A stretch of 64,000 nucleotides of DNA from Oculina patagonica. Taxonomy: Eukaryota. The notes under the pieces are model-generated. The model was not told where the DNA came from, searched no databases, and was given only the letters and a program-made list of their open reading frames with translations. Below are positions 50,222-62,200 of this stretch, one piece after another; within the stretch, counting starts at the first letter, position 1, and every line of letters begins with the position of its first letter. The DNA is taken from assembly GCF_052425735.1 (NCBI RefSeq), contig NC_135760.1:14322001-14386000 (forward strand), given 5' to 3'. The translations under genes were made by a program, and so were the position numbers.

Positions 50222-52973
50222 ATGTTTCGTCTACAGATCGAATTGCCTCATGTAAGACAGAAAACAGAGTGGGACTGCGGATTGGCATGTTCCCTAATGG
50301 TGCTTCAGAAACTTCTAGGGAACAAGTTCGACAACGCCGAATACGAAGAAATTTGTGCTGGGAAGAATTTTGGAACCAGCGTTTGGACCATAGACATTGC
50401 CAGCATATTAACGGAATATAAAGCAGACTACGTTTTCTGTACAAAAACTCTGGGCGTAGATCCGAGCTATGGACAAAATGCGTTTTACGAAGGGACGTTC
50501 AGTCTTGACGAAACTAGAGTGAATCGCTTGTTTACACTCGCACCAACTTTAGGACTGAAAGTCGAGAATCGGTAAGTTCTTGTCATTGGGTGAATACAAT
50601 GTTGCTATACTTAATTTTTTTTTACAGAGTTTTACACAGTCAGCTCTCGAACGTAAGATTTCTTCGCGTGACAAAGCAAAAACTGCAGCGTAATTTTTCA
50701 TTGACCGGTTTGACGTCTTTTGACGTGTACATATTTTTATTTTTTACTACAGTATATATTTACGTTGGGTTCTTCGTAAGAGGTTACAAAATCTCAATCC
50801 TGAATTATTTTCAGTCAGCTATTCAGTTTTTGACTATGAACGGGCTTATGCTTGTCCAAAATTTTTCAATCTGGAGGGAAAATAAAACTACGTGACTGAG
50901 TGCAGGCCGATGGACGTGTTGTGGCTTATGTACATTATCAGTCATTGACCTCAGTGTTAAACAAACTACATGCATTATTACGAGGGGTCATGAATTAGCC
51001 TGCGTAGCTGGCGGTAGTTCCCTCTCAAAGCAAGCACTCGCACTCGAATCCCGCAAGTTACGCAGGCTAGTCATGAATGGTCCCTCAAAATGTCGCAGTG
51101 CTCGCAATGCTCGCAAATGCTCGCCAAATTTTAGTGGGTGCTCGTTTGCTCTTGCTCGCACAATTTTACAAGTGCTCGCATGCTCGGTTTTTAGTGAAGG
51201 TAGGTTTTTGAAAAGTGCTCGTTGCTCGCAAGGCTTGTCAATGCTCGCTCGCAAAGAAAAACGCTGTGCTCGCATGCTCGCAAAGACCATTTGATACCCC
51301 TTATACGTATATACCCGGCGCATATCCATCGAAATAAAGTGGCAAGGGTCAATACAAGATAAATTGAGAAAAAATCTAAGGGGTTTGCCTATTCACATGA
51401 TTCAGCTTCAAGGGTGGTGAGGACACGGTGGTCTTACTAAATTGTTGTTGTATTTTCAATTGATAGTTTGATCAAGGATTAGCTTTAACAGAATGAAACC
51501 AGGGGGGGGGGGAAGCAACTTCCCATACATTCTCTTATATGAAATCTGAGCGATGCTCTCACAACTTGCAAAGCAATCATCGGGGCGGTAGTCAGCGGAT
51601 GTCTCTAAGGCGCATGAGCAGCTCCTTTCTTTGTGAACTTGCCAAAACAAAAACAACATGGGACCAGTGAGAGAGTTCGATTTTTTTATATATGTAGTAA
51701 TAAAAAAGAATTTCTAAGTTTTGTCTTTAAAGCAGCGAAAATTTCTCCGGAAAGGTTCTTGGTGTCAATATGTGGTGTTTGTTATGAAATAAAACCATCA
51801 CGGGAATGGTAATGAAAACGTGTCGATCGAATATTCCCGCGCTGGTCGGAGCTATTGTTCTTGCTCTATTGTTTGAGGTTGTTTGTTGACTTGGTCTTTC
51901 TTTGTTTTACTTCATTTACAATCCCCATGTGGGCCAGTTGAAAATCGTGGTACAAACATGTCAAACATTTGCATTTCAGCACTGAAAAGTAGCACGGCAT
52001 CACAAAATTCTGCAACGATGACGAAATTTTCGGATTTAAACACGCTGCTTTTAGATTTTTAGTTAAGAGAATTGAACCCCTTTATAATAAGTGATTCCAC
52101 GACAGCAGCTTCCATTTCGCGGGAAAAGATTGCCTGTTGCATCATCGTCCAAAAACCGCTGACTACATCGTGAATTGATCGCTTTGCAAGTTGTGAGAGC
52201 ATCGCTACTCGGTCCCAGACCTCGTTTCTTCCCCCCCCCCTGGAATGAAACATTACATGCCTGAAAGCAAATTCAGGATAATTTAGATTTTTCTCTTTAT
52301 ACGGCGCTAAACTTATGTCTCCAATAAATTTGTGTCATCCCAAAAACAGATTTTTAAAATGTTTTGGGGGTACTTTGGTCTAAAATATGGGGTAAAGAAT
52401 TTGACAATTTTGGTTTGTAAAGGGTATGGTTTTTGCACTCTGTTTTTGCACACTATTTTATTCAGTTTCTAGCATGTTCATCTCAAAAGATTGAATAGAG
52501 CGGTTTATTTAACTTGAGGAATTTGAAGCCTTCTCAAGTGTTTAACCTTAGAAAAAGGTCATGTGAGCTTATCTGTTGTTTTCATTTCTTTCAGGAGTGT
52601 TTCATTAGAGGAGATCATTTCAAGATTATCAAAGGGCTATGTTGCCATAGTACTGGTCAATTCAAATGCGTTGATCTGCAACTGGTGTGAAGTCTTTTCT
52701 CCAATTAAACTGCGGATGTTTACCAACTGTATATGTCCATCAAATGGGGATGATTACTGTGGTCATTATATAGTGCTGTGTGGATTTGACGCTGACAAAC
52801 GATGTGTTTATTACAAGAATCCTTCATTCAATGAAGGTCTTTGCTGTGCAAAGTTTGATATGTTTGAAACAGCGAGGCACAGTTATGGAACAGATGATGA
52901 CATTGTATTTGTTAAATTGGAAGAACCTGAACTTATGAAGGAGACATTTATCAGTACTGATAACAAAATATGA
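50222..52973 (+). CDS. GUCD1: GUCD1 (Guanylyl cyclase domain-containing 1 / C22orf13 family). Exons 50237-50571 and 52595-52973; start is either the ATG at 50222 or an upstream exon at 49423-49485
   Basis: Motifs LPHVRQKTEWDCGLAC, SVWTIDIA, YCGHYIVLCGFD, YKNPS, ARHSYGTDDDI. Confidence 0.88.
50996..51069. mobile_element. 74-bp TAGCCTG mini element with 9-bp TSD, nested in the end of a CTCGC-repeat MITE (~50983-51301)
   Basis: TAGCCTGCGTA ... TACGCAGGCTA; TSD GTCATGAAT. Confidence 0.8.
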
Positions 52974-53245
52974 TTGTTGGTTGTAAAGTTCCAATTAAAT
53001 TATTTTTATTTCTTTAATGCGACCAAAGAATTCTGCTGAAAACCTAACCAAATTTGCAGCAGAAGATCCTCTTTTTGTTGGTAATTTACAAACATGGGTA
53101 TTTCACTACTTTGAATTACCGTACCCAAATTCGAAGTGCCATGAGGCGTTTTTTTTTCTGTTTTTCTTTTCCCTTGTCTTTATTAAATGTTTCGTTTTGA
53201 ATTGAAAAGAGGTTTTACCAATAAAAAAGAATTTTTTTGGTGAAA

Positions 53246-53375
53246 NNNNNNNNNNNNNNNNNNNNNNNNNNNNNNNNNNNNNNNNNNNNNNNNNNNNNNN
53301 NNNNNNNNNNNNNNNNNNNNNNNNNNNNNNNNNNNNNNNNNNNNNNNNNNNNNNNNNNNNNNNNNNNNNNNNNNN
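53246..53375. other. Assembly gap (N run)
   Basis: Seen directly. Confidence 1.
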
Positions 53376-54935
53376 TTTGAATGTAGTCTAGTAGGTATTC
53401 ACCCCAACCCCTCTCTTTCCTCAAATCTGCTTTTTTTTCTAAAATATTTTAGAACTTTTACCAGCATTTCAAATTATTCCTTAACGTTTAGTTAGTGTTA
53501 GGTTTTTTGTTTAAATGTGTTATGTACCAAAACTAACTTATGATAATTTATGATGTATTGCAAGAGCATACATTTTGTAGCCTAGTGTAAAAAATAACAG
53601 ACTAATTATTAATAATTTATTTTTCCAATAGTTTTTTAGTGCTGTAAATATTGTAAAGCACCTAATCATAATGATAACAGTTTTTTGTAAAAAATAATGT
53701 ACTAAGTATTTTAAACTAAAATAATTATGATCTATTTGGAAATTCTAACTGGTTAAATTAATCAGCTGAGAGCAGTAAGAATAACACAATGATGGTTGAC
53801 TCAATCCTTGCATAATTTCCCATTGGGTACACAAGACCTAATTTTGTACATAGATTTAAATGTTTATTTTATGGGTAATTGTGCAAATTATTTGGGTGAA
53901 AATGTAAATTATTTTAATATGTAAATACTAATTGGGAGTTCAAACTGAACAGCTATTTGCATTGTTGTTAAGTAGTTAATGAAGTTAAGTTTTTGCAAGT
54001 TATTTAAAATATATTGAAATTGAAATCTGTGGTGAATTTAATAAAATATACGGTGGTGATTTTGTTGCAGAGTGCTTTTTATGCCCTACTTGCGATCAAA
54101 AGTTAGCAAGATCAAGTTCATGTTCATAGAACATGTTCTTTGTGCAGAGGAGTACCGGTACTTAAATATTTAAACTTTTTTTGTGCAATGAATAAAATTG
54201 ATTAATTGGTATGGCCTAAACATTCCATGAGTCACTACTTTTTTTATTTGATTTTTTTTCCTTTACTACGTTACTTTTTAATTTCTAAGTCATTTGTTTT
54301 TTTCAGTCCCAAATTTTTTCAGCATTGTCTAGTGATGATGTATATCTACTCAACAGTGTAACAAGTAATAATAATTCAATTATAGCTTTCATAGCGCTGC
54401 CATGCTTGATGACCGGATGGTCGTGTGTGTGTTGTACAAGTAGATACATATACTTGAGCACTTGATAAAATCTAATGTCAATACTGCATGTTGCAGATGA
54501 AACCTGAGGGAGGGGACAGTACTTTTTGGGAAGTTTTAAGAAGCAGCAATATCCAGACAATGTTCTGTCACCTTTGTTTGTTTTATTTCAATCAATAATT
54601 CACTGCTGGCAGATAAACAGTGTACTGCCCTTCAACTTAATTACATGTGTAATTCATTACCTAGCTGTTATTTGTATTATGTTTCTTGTTGTAACAATGT
54701 TCATTTAGAGGGCCCAAAATTAGCAACATTTTTTACATGACTGTTGTACATCAATAGAAGTATTTTACGTGGCATGTTTGCAGTTCAGCTAATCTTTTTA
54801 ACACATCTCTTGCCCTGAGGACAATAGGGAAACACTGGGTAATTTCTTCATACTATTTTTAGACCATAAACCCAATACAGAGAAGTGGAGCTTGCATGGT
54901 ACATTGCCTTGAGGCATGCACTAGGGAACAATCCT

Positions 54936-57600
54936 TTACAGCTTAGCTGAGGGGTTATCCAGCAACTCATATGCTGGAAGTGTAAGAAACTCTTCAAACT
55001 CCTCAGACAGAACCAACTTATCTAAAAGTTGTGAAGCCTGTCCAAACCGAGCTTTGTTTGCTCCTCCTAGTTTATCAAGCTCTGCTTTGTGCATTGTCTT
55101 GTACAGCTCAGAAGTGAATGGACGACCATCCTCAAGCTGCACACCATGGCGCAGCCACTGCCACAGCTGAGCTCGTGAAATTTCAGCTGTGGCTGCATCT
55201 TCCATCAAGTTGTTAATAGCTGCTGCTCCAACACCCTGTTAGAGGGAAGAGAAATATGACAAAGGTCAGGAATTGACTAACATACTGGTGTGTTACAGTC
55301 AATACTCAGCGTGTGCCGCCTAGAATCAATACTCAGCGAACGGATTGCATTTTTCGTTTCAGATATTCAAATATAATTTTAAATATTGTAGAGCATCCAA
55401 CCGAGAACATGTGAACACGTGAACCTGTCAAAAATTAACCAATTTGATTGGTTAATTTTTGACAGGTTCATGTGTTTATGGTTGGATGACCTACAGTATT
55501 TAAATTAAATTTGAATGTTTGAAACAAATAATGCAATCCGTTCGCCGTTAATCAAAACTAGTCCGGATTCTAGGCGGCACACGCTGAGTATTTTGACTGT
55601 AAAGTGAAGAGACTTTTGATGATGATCATATAATTTTTGGTAGCCCCTTGGTATCAGCCACACCCCCTTCCATTTAAAAATCCAGGTTCTGCCCCTGTCA
55701 TAAAAACTTTGTCACAATCATCTCTTTTGCACCTCTTTGAATTTATGCGACTAGCCTATTGTAGTTTTCCCGATGGCTCTTCCAGTTGACAACAGATACA
55801 GTAATCGGAAATGCAATATACAATGCATAGCACAAAAATCAGTTTAGGCAAAAAGGTCATTCTCTCTAGCTTTGTCAGTAGACCCTTTTGCCCCCAGATT
55901 TCCCTTGGCTGTTTTTCCACTCAAATATTTGGTATCAGATATTGGCCTATCCTGATTCACAGGTTGGAAAAAAGCTGTCACTGGTAGGTGAAAATGAACT
56001 ACTGTAAACAAAAGAAATGGTCATCTTAAAACATTACCAACAGCCAGCTGTTCATATACTGAAGTGCCACGCTGATGTTGACTCGCACTCCATCCTCTGT
56101 GATGGTACCTCCTGGTACTGAAACTGAAAGGATTTCTTCTACCTTGACGTTCACTTCCTCACGCAGACGATGTTTTTGATGACAAGCTCCCTGCATACCC
56201 TACAATAACAAGACCAAAAGGTGGTTAATAAATATGTGGACCTACAGACCCATTCTAAATGGTTCAGTGTTTGCCTGCGCTAACTTATCTTCATTTGATA
56301 AATATGCCAACTTGATCCAAATATTTGAGAAAAAAAAATCTTTTATTGTGAGGGAAACATTGTTGTCTTTGGCTGATTAAAACAAATCACAGGTCGGAAT
56401 ATGACTTCAGATCATCAGAAATGTTTTGAAGTCTTGGGAAATCTTTGACATCATCAGAAATAATATTGTCAGGCCATCTTCACTTTCAGGATAAAAATCT
56501 CACGCATGTGACTCACAGCAACTTGGTGGGTACGTACTAGTGTCTTCAAAAAAAAATTGGCGAGGGGAATTTTTTATTAATAAATTTTAAAAATCTGAAC
56601 ATTTCATACCTTCACGAAGATCTCCTTTGCAAAAGGTACAAGGTCAGGGTGTGCCACCCAAGTGCCGTCAAATCCATCAGCCACCTCTCGCTCTTTGTCT
56701 TGACGAACCTTTTCAAAAGCCATCTTATTAACATTCTCGTCTTTTCGACTTGGAATAAAAGCAGCCATTCCGCCCATTGCATGAGCACCATGTTGATGGC
56801 ATACTTGGATAAGGCGTTCTGTGTAAGATCGCATGAACGGTACCATCATTGATACCTGCCAAAGGAAAAGAAATAGAATTCGCATATTGTTTCCATAATA
56901 TAATAAATGATTAATTCAAAAGAAAAAATAGTTCACTAACTTAAGGTAGAGTAACATTGATAAAGCTGATAATAAACCCCAACAAATAATAACCCCAAAA
57001 ATGGTTACAAATAAGGAAGATTGATACAGATTCCAAACACACAACATGAAAAATTTACCCTAGGCTAAATTTTGTAAAAATATTATGCGCCGTCATTGAA
57101 ATCTCTTTTGGAAAAGCCAGAAGAAAGCAAAAAGTAAAGGTTGCGGAGTGGTGCAGAACTTAAGCGTGCATTTTTATTATCTATAAAATAAGCCTTGTTA
57201 TCTTAATATAACTTAACCAGCACTATATGCATGTTTGTAGTCATGCCACTCTCGGACATTGTAAATGGCACAACTTGATATGACCATTCCATACAATACC
57301 TGCTTACGATCTGGTAAAACACAATCAGATTTTCTTGAGAATCTTTTAATTGCTGAAAATATGTAATCCCATCTTCCTGCATTCATTCCACAGCAGTGCT
57401 CCCTTATCTCGTAGAGCATTTCTTCCAAGTTAACTCCTGCAAGCAGGGTTTCCACCATAACAGTAGCACGGATGGTTCCTAAAAAAATAAAACAAGTACA
57501 GTAATTTATTATGTTATGAATTGCCTACCTGTTAGCATGCCTAGGCTTTAAATATTTTAAAAATCTATAGCAAAAAGGGTTACACCAAAGAGTAAACTAC

Positions 57601-57645
<45 letters not shown>

Positions 57646-59874
57646 CCATCATTATTTATTTGCCACTTTTGAAATGACATAAATTTTACAACAGTTACTA
57701 TGGTAAGTAGGGAGAGGAGACCTCTTAGGAAACCAACAGGCTTTAATATAGGGGATGCCACCTTGGTTTGCAAAATGGTACTGGTATTGGTAACATACCA
57801 ACTGTCCTGTAAGTGAAGTAAATGAAGAAGCGTTCTCAAGTTGAATTCTCGGAAAAAAGATTTTCCGAGTTCCCCCAACGGGAGTTGAACCCATGACCTT
57901 CCAAGATGGGTTCGACTCCCATTGGGGGAACTCGGAAAATCTTTTTTCCGAGAATTCAACTTGAGAACGCTTCTTTATAATTTTACTTCACTTTATCCAA
58001 GTTGCCATTTCACTTAACATGTCCTGTAAGTATTGTTATATTTCAAGTAACTTCAATCTACAACGAAACTAACTCCCTCTTCAGATCATTTTGCAATGCT
58101 TGCAAATAAAAGTCACAGGAAACATTCCCCCCCCCCCCCCGTCCCTTCCCATGAGCTTGCTTGATCTCTTGAATAAGCACAACCAGCTAATAAAAGAAAC
58201 TTACCTTGAGGTACTTTCATGTAATCCTGTGCTGATTTAAACACATCATTCCACAGCCTTGTTTCCTGGTGAGTTTCCATTTTAGGAAGGTAATAGTAAG
58301 GAGCAGAACCACTGGCAAGCCTTATATGGACATTGTGAAAAAAGTACAGTCCAAAGTCTACCAGCGCTCCACTCATGGGTTCTCCATCACACAGGATATG
58401 TTTCTCATCAAGATGCAAGCCACGTACACGAACTAACAGACATGCTGTCTTGTCCTTCAAACGACGCTCTGATCCTAATGATTTAATAATTGAATTTAAT
58501 ATATACAAGGGCTCATGTAGCATGCATTAGATTAAATGCTATTGTTGGTTTTTCTCTACATTCTCTGGATTCCCTCCCTCCACAAAAACCAACACTTTAC
58601 TTATAACAAATTCTAATTTGAACTGAAAACAGTGGATGAAGAGCAACTCTGTGTACATATGTCACTGCAAATTTTCCATTTTATCTATTTATTTATTTAT
58701 TAATGGTTGATCTGAACATTTAAAGTCTATGTCACAAAAAAAGAAAAATGTTCTGCTTTGAGATGAAATTTAACTAATGTTAATGCAATTTATTGTGGCC
58801 CAGATTTCACTTTTTAAAAAGCTTTTTAGAAGCAGTAAACACAATATTTTCCACGCCCAGGCTGTTAAAAGTGTGGATAATGCAACAGGCCACTGAAAAA
58901 ATCAAGATAGTGTCAATAAAAAATGAAGGTAGTGATTTATCCAACCATTGCCCACCCTTCAAATAGCAGGGGCCAATCTACTGTGTCTTCTGAATACGGA
59001 CTTGCACCATAGTTAGTAACTATGCTTGCACCTACCATCAGCATTAGTGAAACTAATCGTCTTCTTGTTTGCGTCTAACAAGTTGATTTGTCCCTCAACA
59101 ATATTCTTCCAAGAGGGAGTGAGTGAATCTTCAAAATCAGCCATGTACATGTCGGCGCCACTGTTCAAAGCATTGATAACCATCTTACGATCCGTTGGCC
59201 CAGTGATCTCAACGTGTCGCATCTGCAAGTCATGAGGAACCGCTGCAACCTTCCACTCTTTCTCATGATGTGCTTCGGGGTATCTGATTGGCTGGCCACT
59301 ATTGATTGCTTCTTGAAATTCTACCCGTTTTTTGAGCAGCTTCTTCCTCTGGTAGTTAAAACTCCGATGCAGATCGGCTAAAAACTCCAAAGCTTCATAG
59401 GACAGAATCTGAGCATACTCAGGCTTAACTTCACCAGTGATTTCAATTCCTGGTGATAAAGGTAAGAAATTAAAATATTATAACAAAGTTTAAAACAATT
59501 TCAGGAATTTCTAGAAAAAAAAAATACATGACTTTTTGGCTGTTTGCCTGGCCTGTTCCAGGCTCTCGGTTTGTGGGGAAAGAGCGAAAAAGCGGGGCGA
59601 GCGAGCGCTCGTCTTTTCTGCGCTCGCCCGCTTTTTCGCTCTTTCCCCACAAACCGGGAGCCTGGAACAGGCTACTGTTTGCCAGACCAAGTTAATTAAT
59701 AACTACAAAACGATAATAAAAACCTATAACAAAACATTATAACAAAAGTAGTAAAATAGCTATCAATGAAAGTTTTTTCTCTCAGTAATATTTATTTAAT
59801 TTCCTGGCAATCCATCATTAAAAAAATATCAAAATGTGTTTAAACTCTATTAGCTCACCTTTAGGACACCTCAT
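54936..59874 (-). CDS. Malate synthase (MSA/aceB type) with C-terminal PTS1 (AKL). Exons 59859-59874, 59036-59449, 58205-58474, 57300-57478, 56610-56855, 56038-56199, 54936-55235
   Basis: Motifs [90 protein letters not shown]; ends ..PSAKL*. Confidence 0.96.
55294..55601. mobile_element. TA-flanked palindromic MITE in malate synthase intron 6
   Basis: TACAGTCAATACTCAGCGTGTGCCGCCTAGAATC ... GATTCTAGGCGGCACACGCTGAGTATTTTGACTGTA; near-perfect central palindrome at ~55444. Confidence 0.85.
57600..57652. repeat. (ATC)n microsatellite
   Basis: Seen directly. Confidence 0.95.
57827..57973. repeat. Inverted repeat made of tRNA/SINE B-box fragments
   Basis: GAAGCGTTCTCAAGTTGAATTCTCGGAAAAAAGATTTTCCGAGTTCCCCCAA and its reverse complement surround GGTTCGACTCCC. 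Confidence 0.75.
59549..59674. mobile_element. (T)AGCCTG mini element with 9-bp TSD in malate synthase intron
   Basis: GCCTGTTCCAGGCTC ... GAGCCTGGAACAGGCTA; TSD CTGTTTGCC. Confidence 0.8.
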
Positions 59875-61147
59875 TGTTTCTTTTCTTGGAAACTATGGGG
59901 AAATAACAATATTATGAACACAATTTTAGTACAAATTAGTGCAGTTATTGTGTAAGTACAGCGATAGTGTAACAAAGAAAATGTCAGCAAGTTACATGCC
60001 TTTTGTATGTAATTATATTGTCAGTTCTTAAATCTTGGATACATTTTCATCAGAAACATCTCAAATTGCCTTCAATAAGGTGGATTTTAAAGTGGAACTT
60101 TAAAGTGAGAAAGAAACGTTTAAATTAAAATCAAATACTAGAAAATTCAGTGTCACTTTTTTGGGGGGAGGAGGGGGGAGGTGGGGTCAGGAGGTCTGTA
60201 CTTCTTAAACAACATTTTGAAAATCTTCCGAAATCTTTGGAAAATGTTAAAAACATAGTAGGTTTATATAATAAACAGAATGATACATGGTTGCTTTGAG
60301 ATATGAAATTTATCTTCTTCCTGTGTTCAAATCGATATCTCCCTCATTCGCTGTGTCATTCGTGAGATATCGATTTGAACACTCCAAGATAAATTTCATA
60401 TCTTTGTGCAACCATGTATTATCCTCTACGTATGTGTTGTTGTAAAGGTGCAATACTGAAAACCGGAACTTATAAGTCATGATAACTTTAATATTTGAAC
60501 AAGGGGTTGGGCAATCAATATCCAAAAAGTTAATATCCCAGGGATGACACGGCAAAATCAAACAAACTACCATGCAAAGCTAAAAAGCTGCAAGAATGAC
60601 AAGAGGAAGAAAAATTCGTGATCATTCCTTTCTAAAAACATAGAATGGTCCCTAAAAGCACTACCTTTGGCAAGTAAGCTTACATGAAATTTATATACAA
60701 CTCAACAATCGTAGTGTCCCCGATTAGTAAGCTTAAGGCTAGCTAGAAGACTAGACACTTAAATTATTATTATTATGTCGTGACTTGTCATGTACAGCTC
60801 ACTGACTTCCAATTAGTTTTAGTGCGCTAGCTTGAATTTATTCACGTAGTAAAAATCAAAACTTGTTCAGTTTTCCAACATGAACGTGGAGGGTTTCTCA
60901 GTGGGTGGACTGTTTTGATTTTGGAGATAAAAAGTAAAGAATAAATTCGAGCTTGTATGACACGTGACAGTCTGTAACACGTTGAAAACAAAGATGCCGC
61001 AGCAAAATCAAAGATGAAGGAAACATAAACAGACCATTTAGACAAATCCTAACTTTTCTTCGTTACTTACGGACAGTTGCAGAGTTCTGTGGAGGAGGAA
61101 ACTTGCGTTTAACCCCAGCTTTTTTCGACAAGAGAGGCTGATTTAGG

Positions 61148-61755
61148 TGAAAAGATCGTCCGACTTGAAATTGCCTCGTTTTTGTGTAAAGTACAAGGTC
61201 CACTGGGGTGACACGGTGGGGGGCGGGTACTAGGGTAACGCTGGTGGTGTGACTAGGGGTGTGTGTGTGTGTAGCGATACAAAGCACAATATAACAAGAA
61301 TAGTTCTCTTTCAGTCTTTGACAGTGTTAAGGACTTCATTTTGTAAATATATTCAGAAAGAAGTTCTCTACGTGCAGTTATGCACAGTCCCTTAGGAACC
61401 AAGCCATTAATTTTGCTACCCGTCAAGATATTGGCAGAGTTTGATTTGGATAAAAAGATCGCCCAATTGGAAAATTGCCTCGATTTTGTGTAAAGTACAA
61501 GGTCCACTCAGGTGACTTGGTGTGGCAGAAACTAGGGTAACGCTGGGGGTGTGACTGGGGGTGTTTGTAGCCGGCGGCTTGGCCGCTATAAATCGCGAAT
61601 AAAACAAGAAATATCGTTCTCTTTCAGTCTTTGACAGTGTTTAACATTTCATTTTGTGATTTTTTTCAGTAAACGTTCTGTAAATCTCTACATGTGCAGT
61701 CTGGCACGTTCCCTTAGCAACCAAACTATTTGCAACCCGCCAAGATATTGCATCA
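61148..61755. repeat. Diverged ~300-bp tandem duplication in the MS-ICL intergenic region
   Basis: Both units carry AAATTGCCTCG..TGTGTAAAGTACAAGGTCCACT..CTAGGGTAACGCTGG..GTTCTCTTTCAGTCTTTGACAGTGTT..CAAGATATTG. Confidence 0.85.
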
Positions 61756-61986
61756 GATTCAGGCAGAATAAACAATCGTTCGAAACTTTCGGCTAAAACT
61801 TTTCTGGAACTCCAGTGGATCTTGACTTTTAAATTTTTACAAATGGAAATTTTTGAAGCGTTAAATTGTTCTTTAAATTCGAACAATAAGTTTTAGAGTA
61901 TTCCCAAAGTTCGTGATTTGATTCATGTTCGCAAAAAAAATGAATGAAAGAAAAATTCGTGTTGTTTATTTGGATTTTAGCGTGCT

Positions 61987-62075
61987 CCAATGAAAACTGC
62001 CAATAGGACAAAAGATTGTCTTTTCCACCAATAGAAACGCCGCTTAGACAAGTGTTCAAAGTCCACGGGCATAAA
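61987..62075 (+). promoter_or_regulatory. Putative ICL-proximal promoter: three CCAAT boxes, HNF4-like DR1 site, CATAAA TATA-like element
   Basis: CCAAT at 61987, 62000 and 62028; GTGTTCAAAGTCCA at 62052-62065; CATAAAT at ~62070. Confidence 0.4.
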
Positions 62076-62200
62076 TTTACAAAACATTTGTAAATCTGAA
62101 GTTTGTTCTTCTTTAGTATTTTTACGGAGAAGCGTCTCCCTGAGTAAGGATTTCCAAGTCTACTAGAGTCGAGTTTTAAGTTTTTTCGATCTTTTTCACA

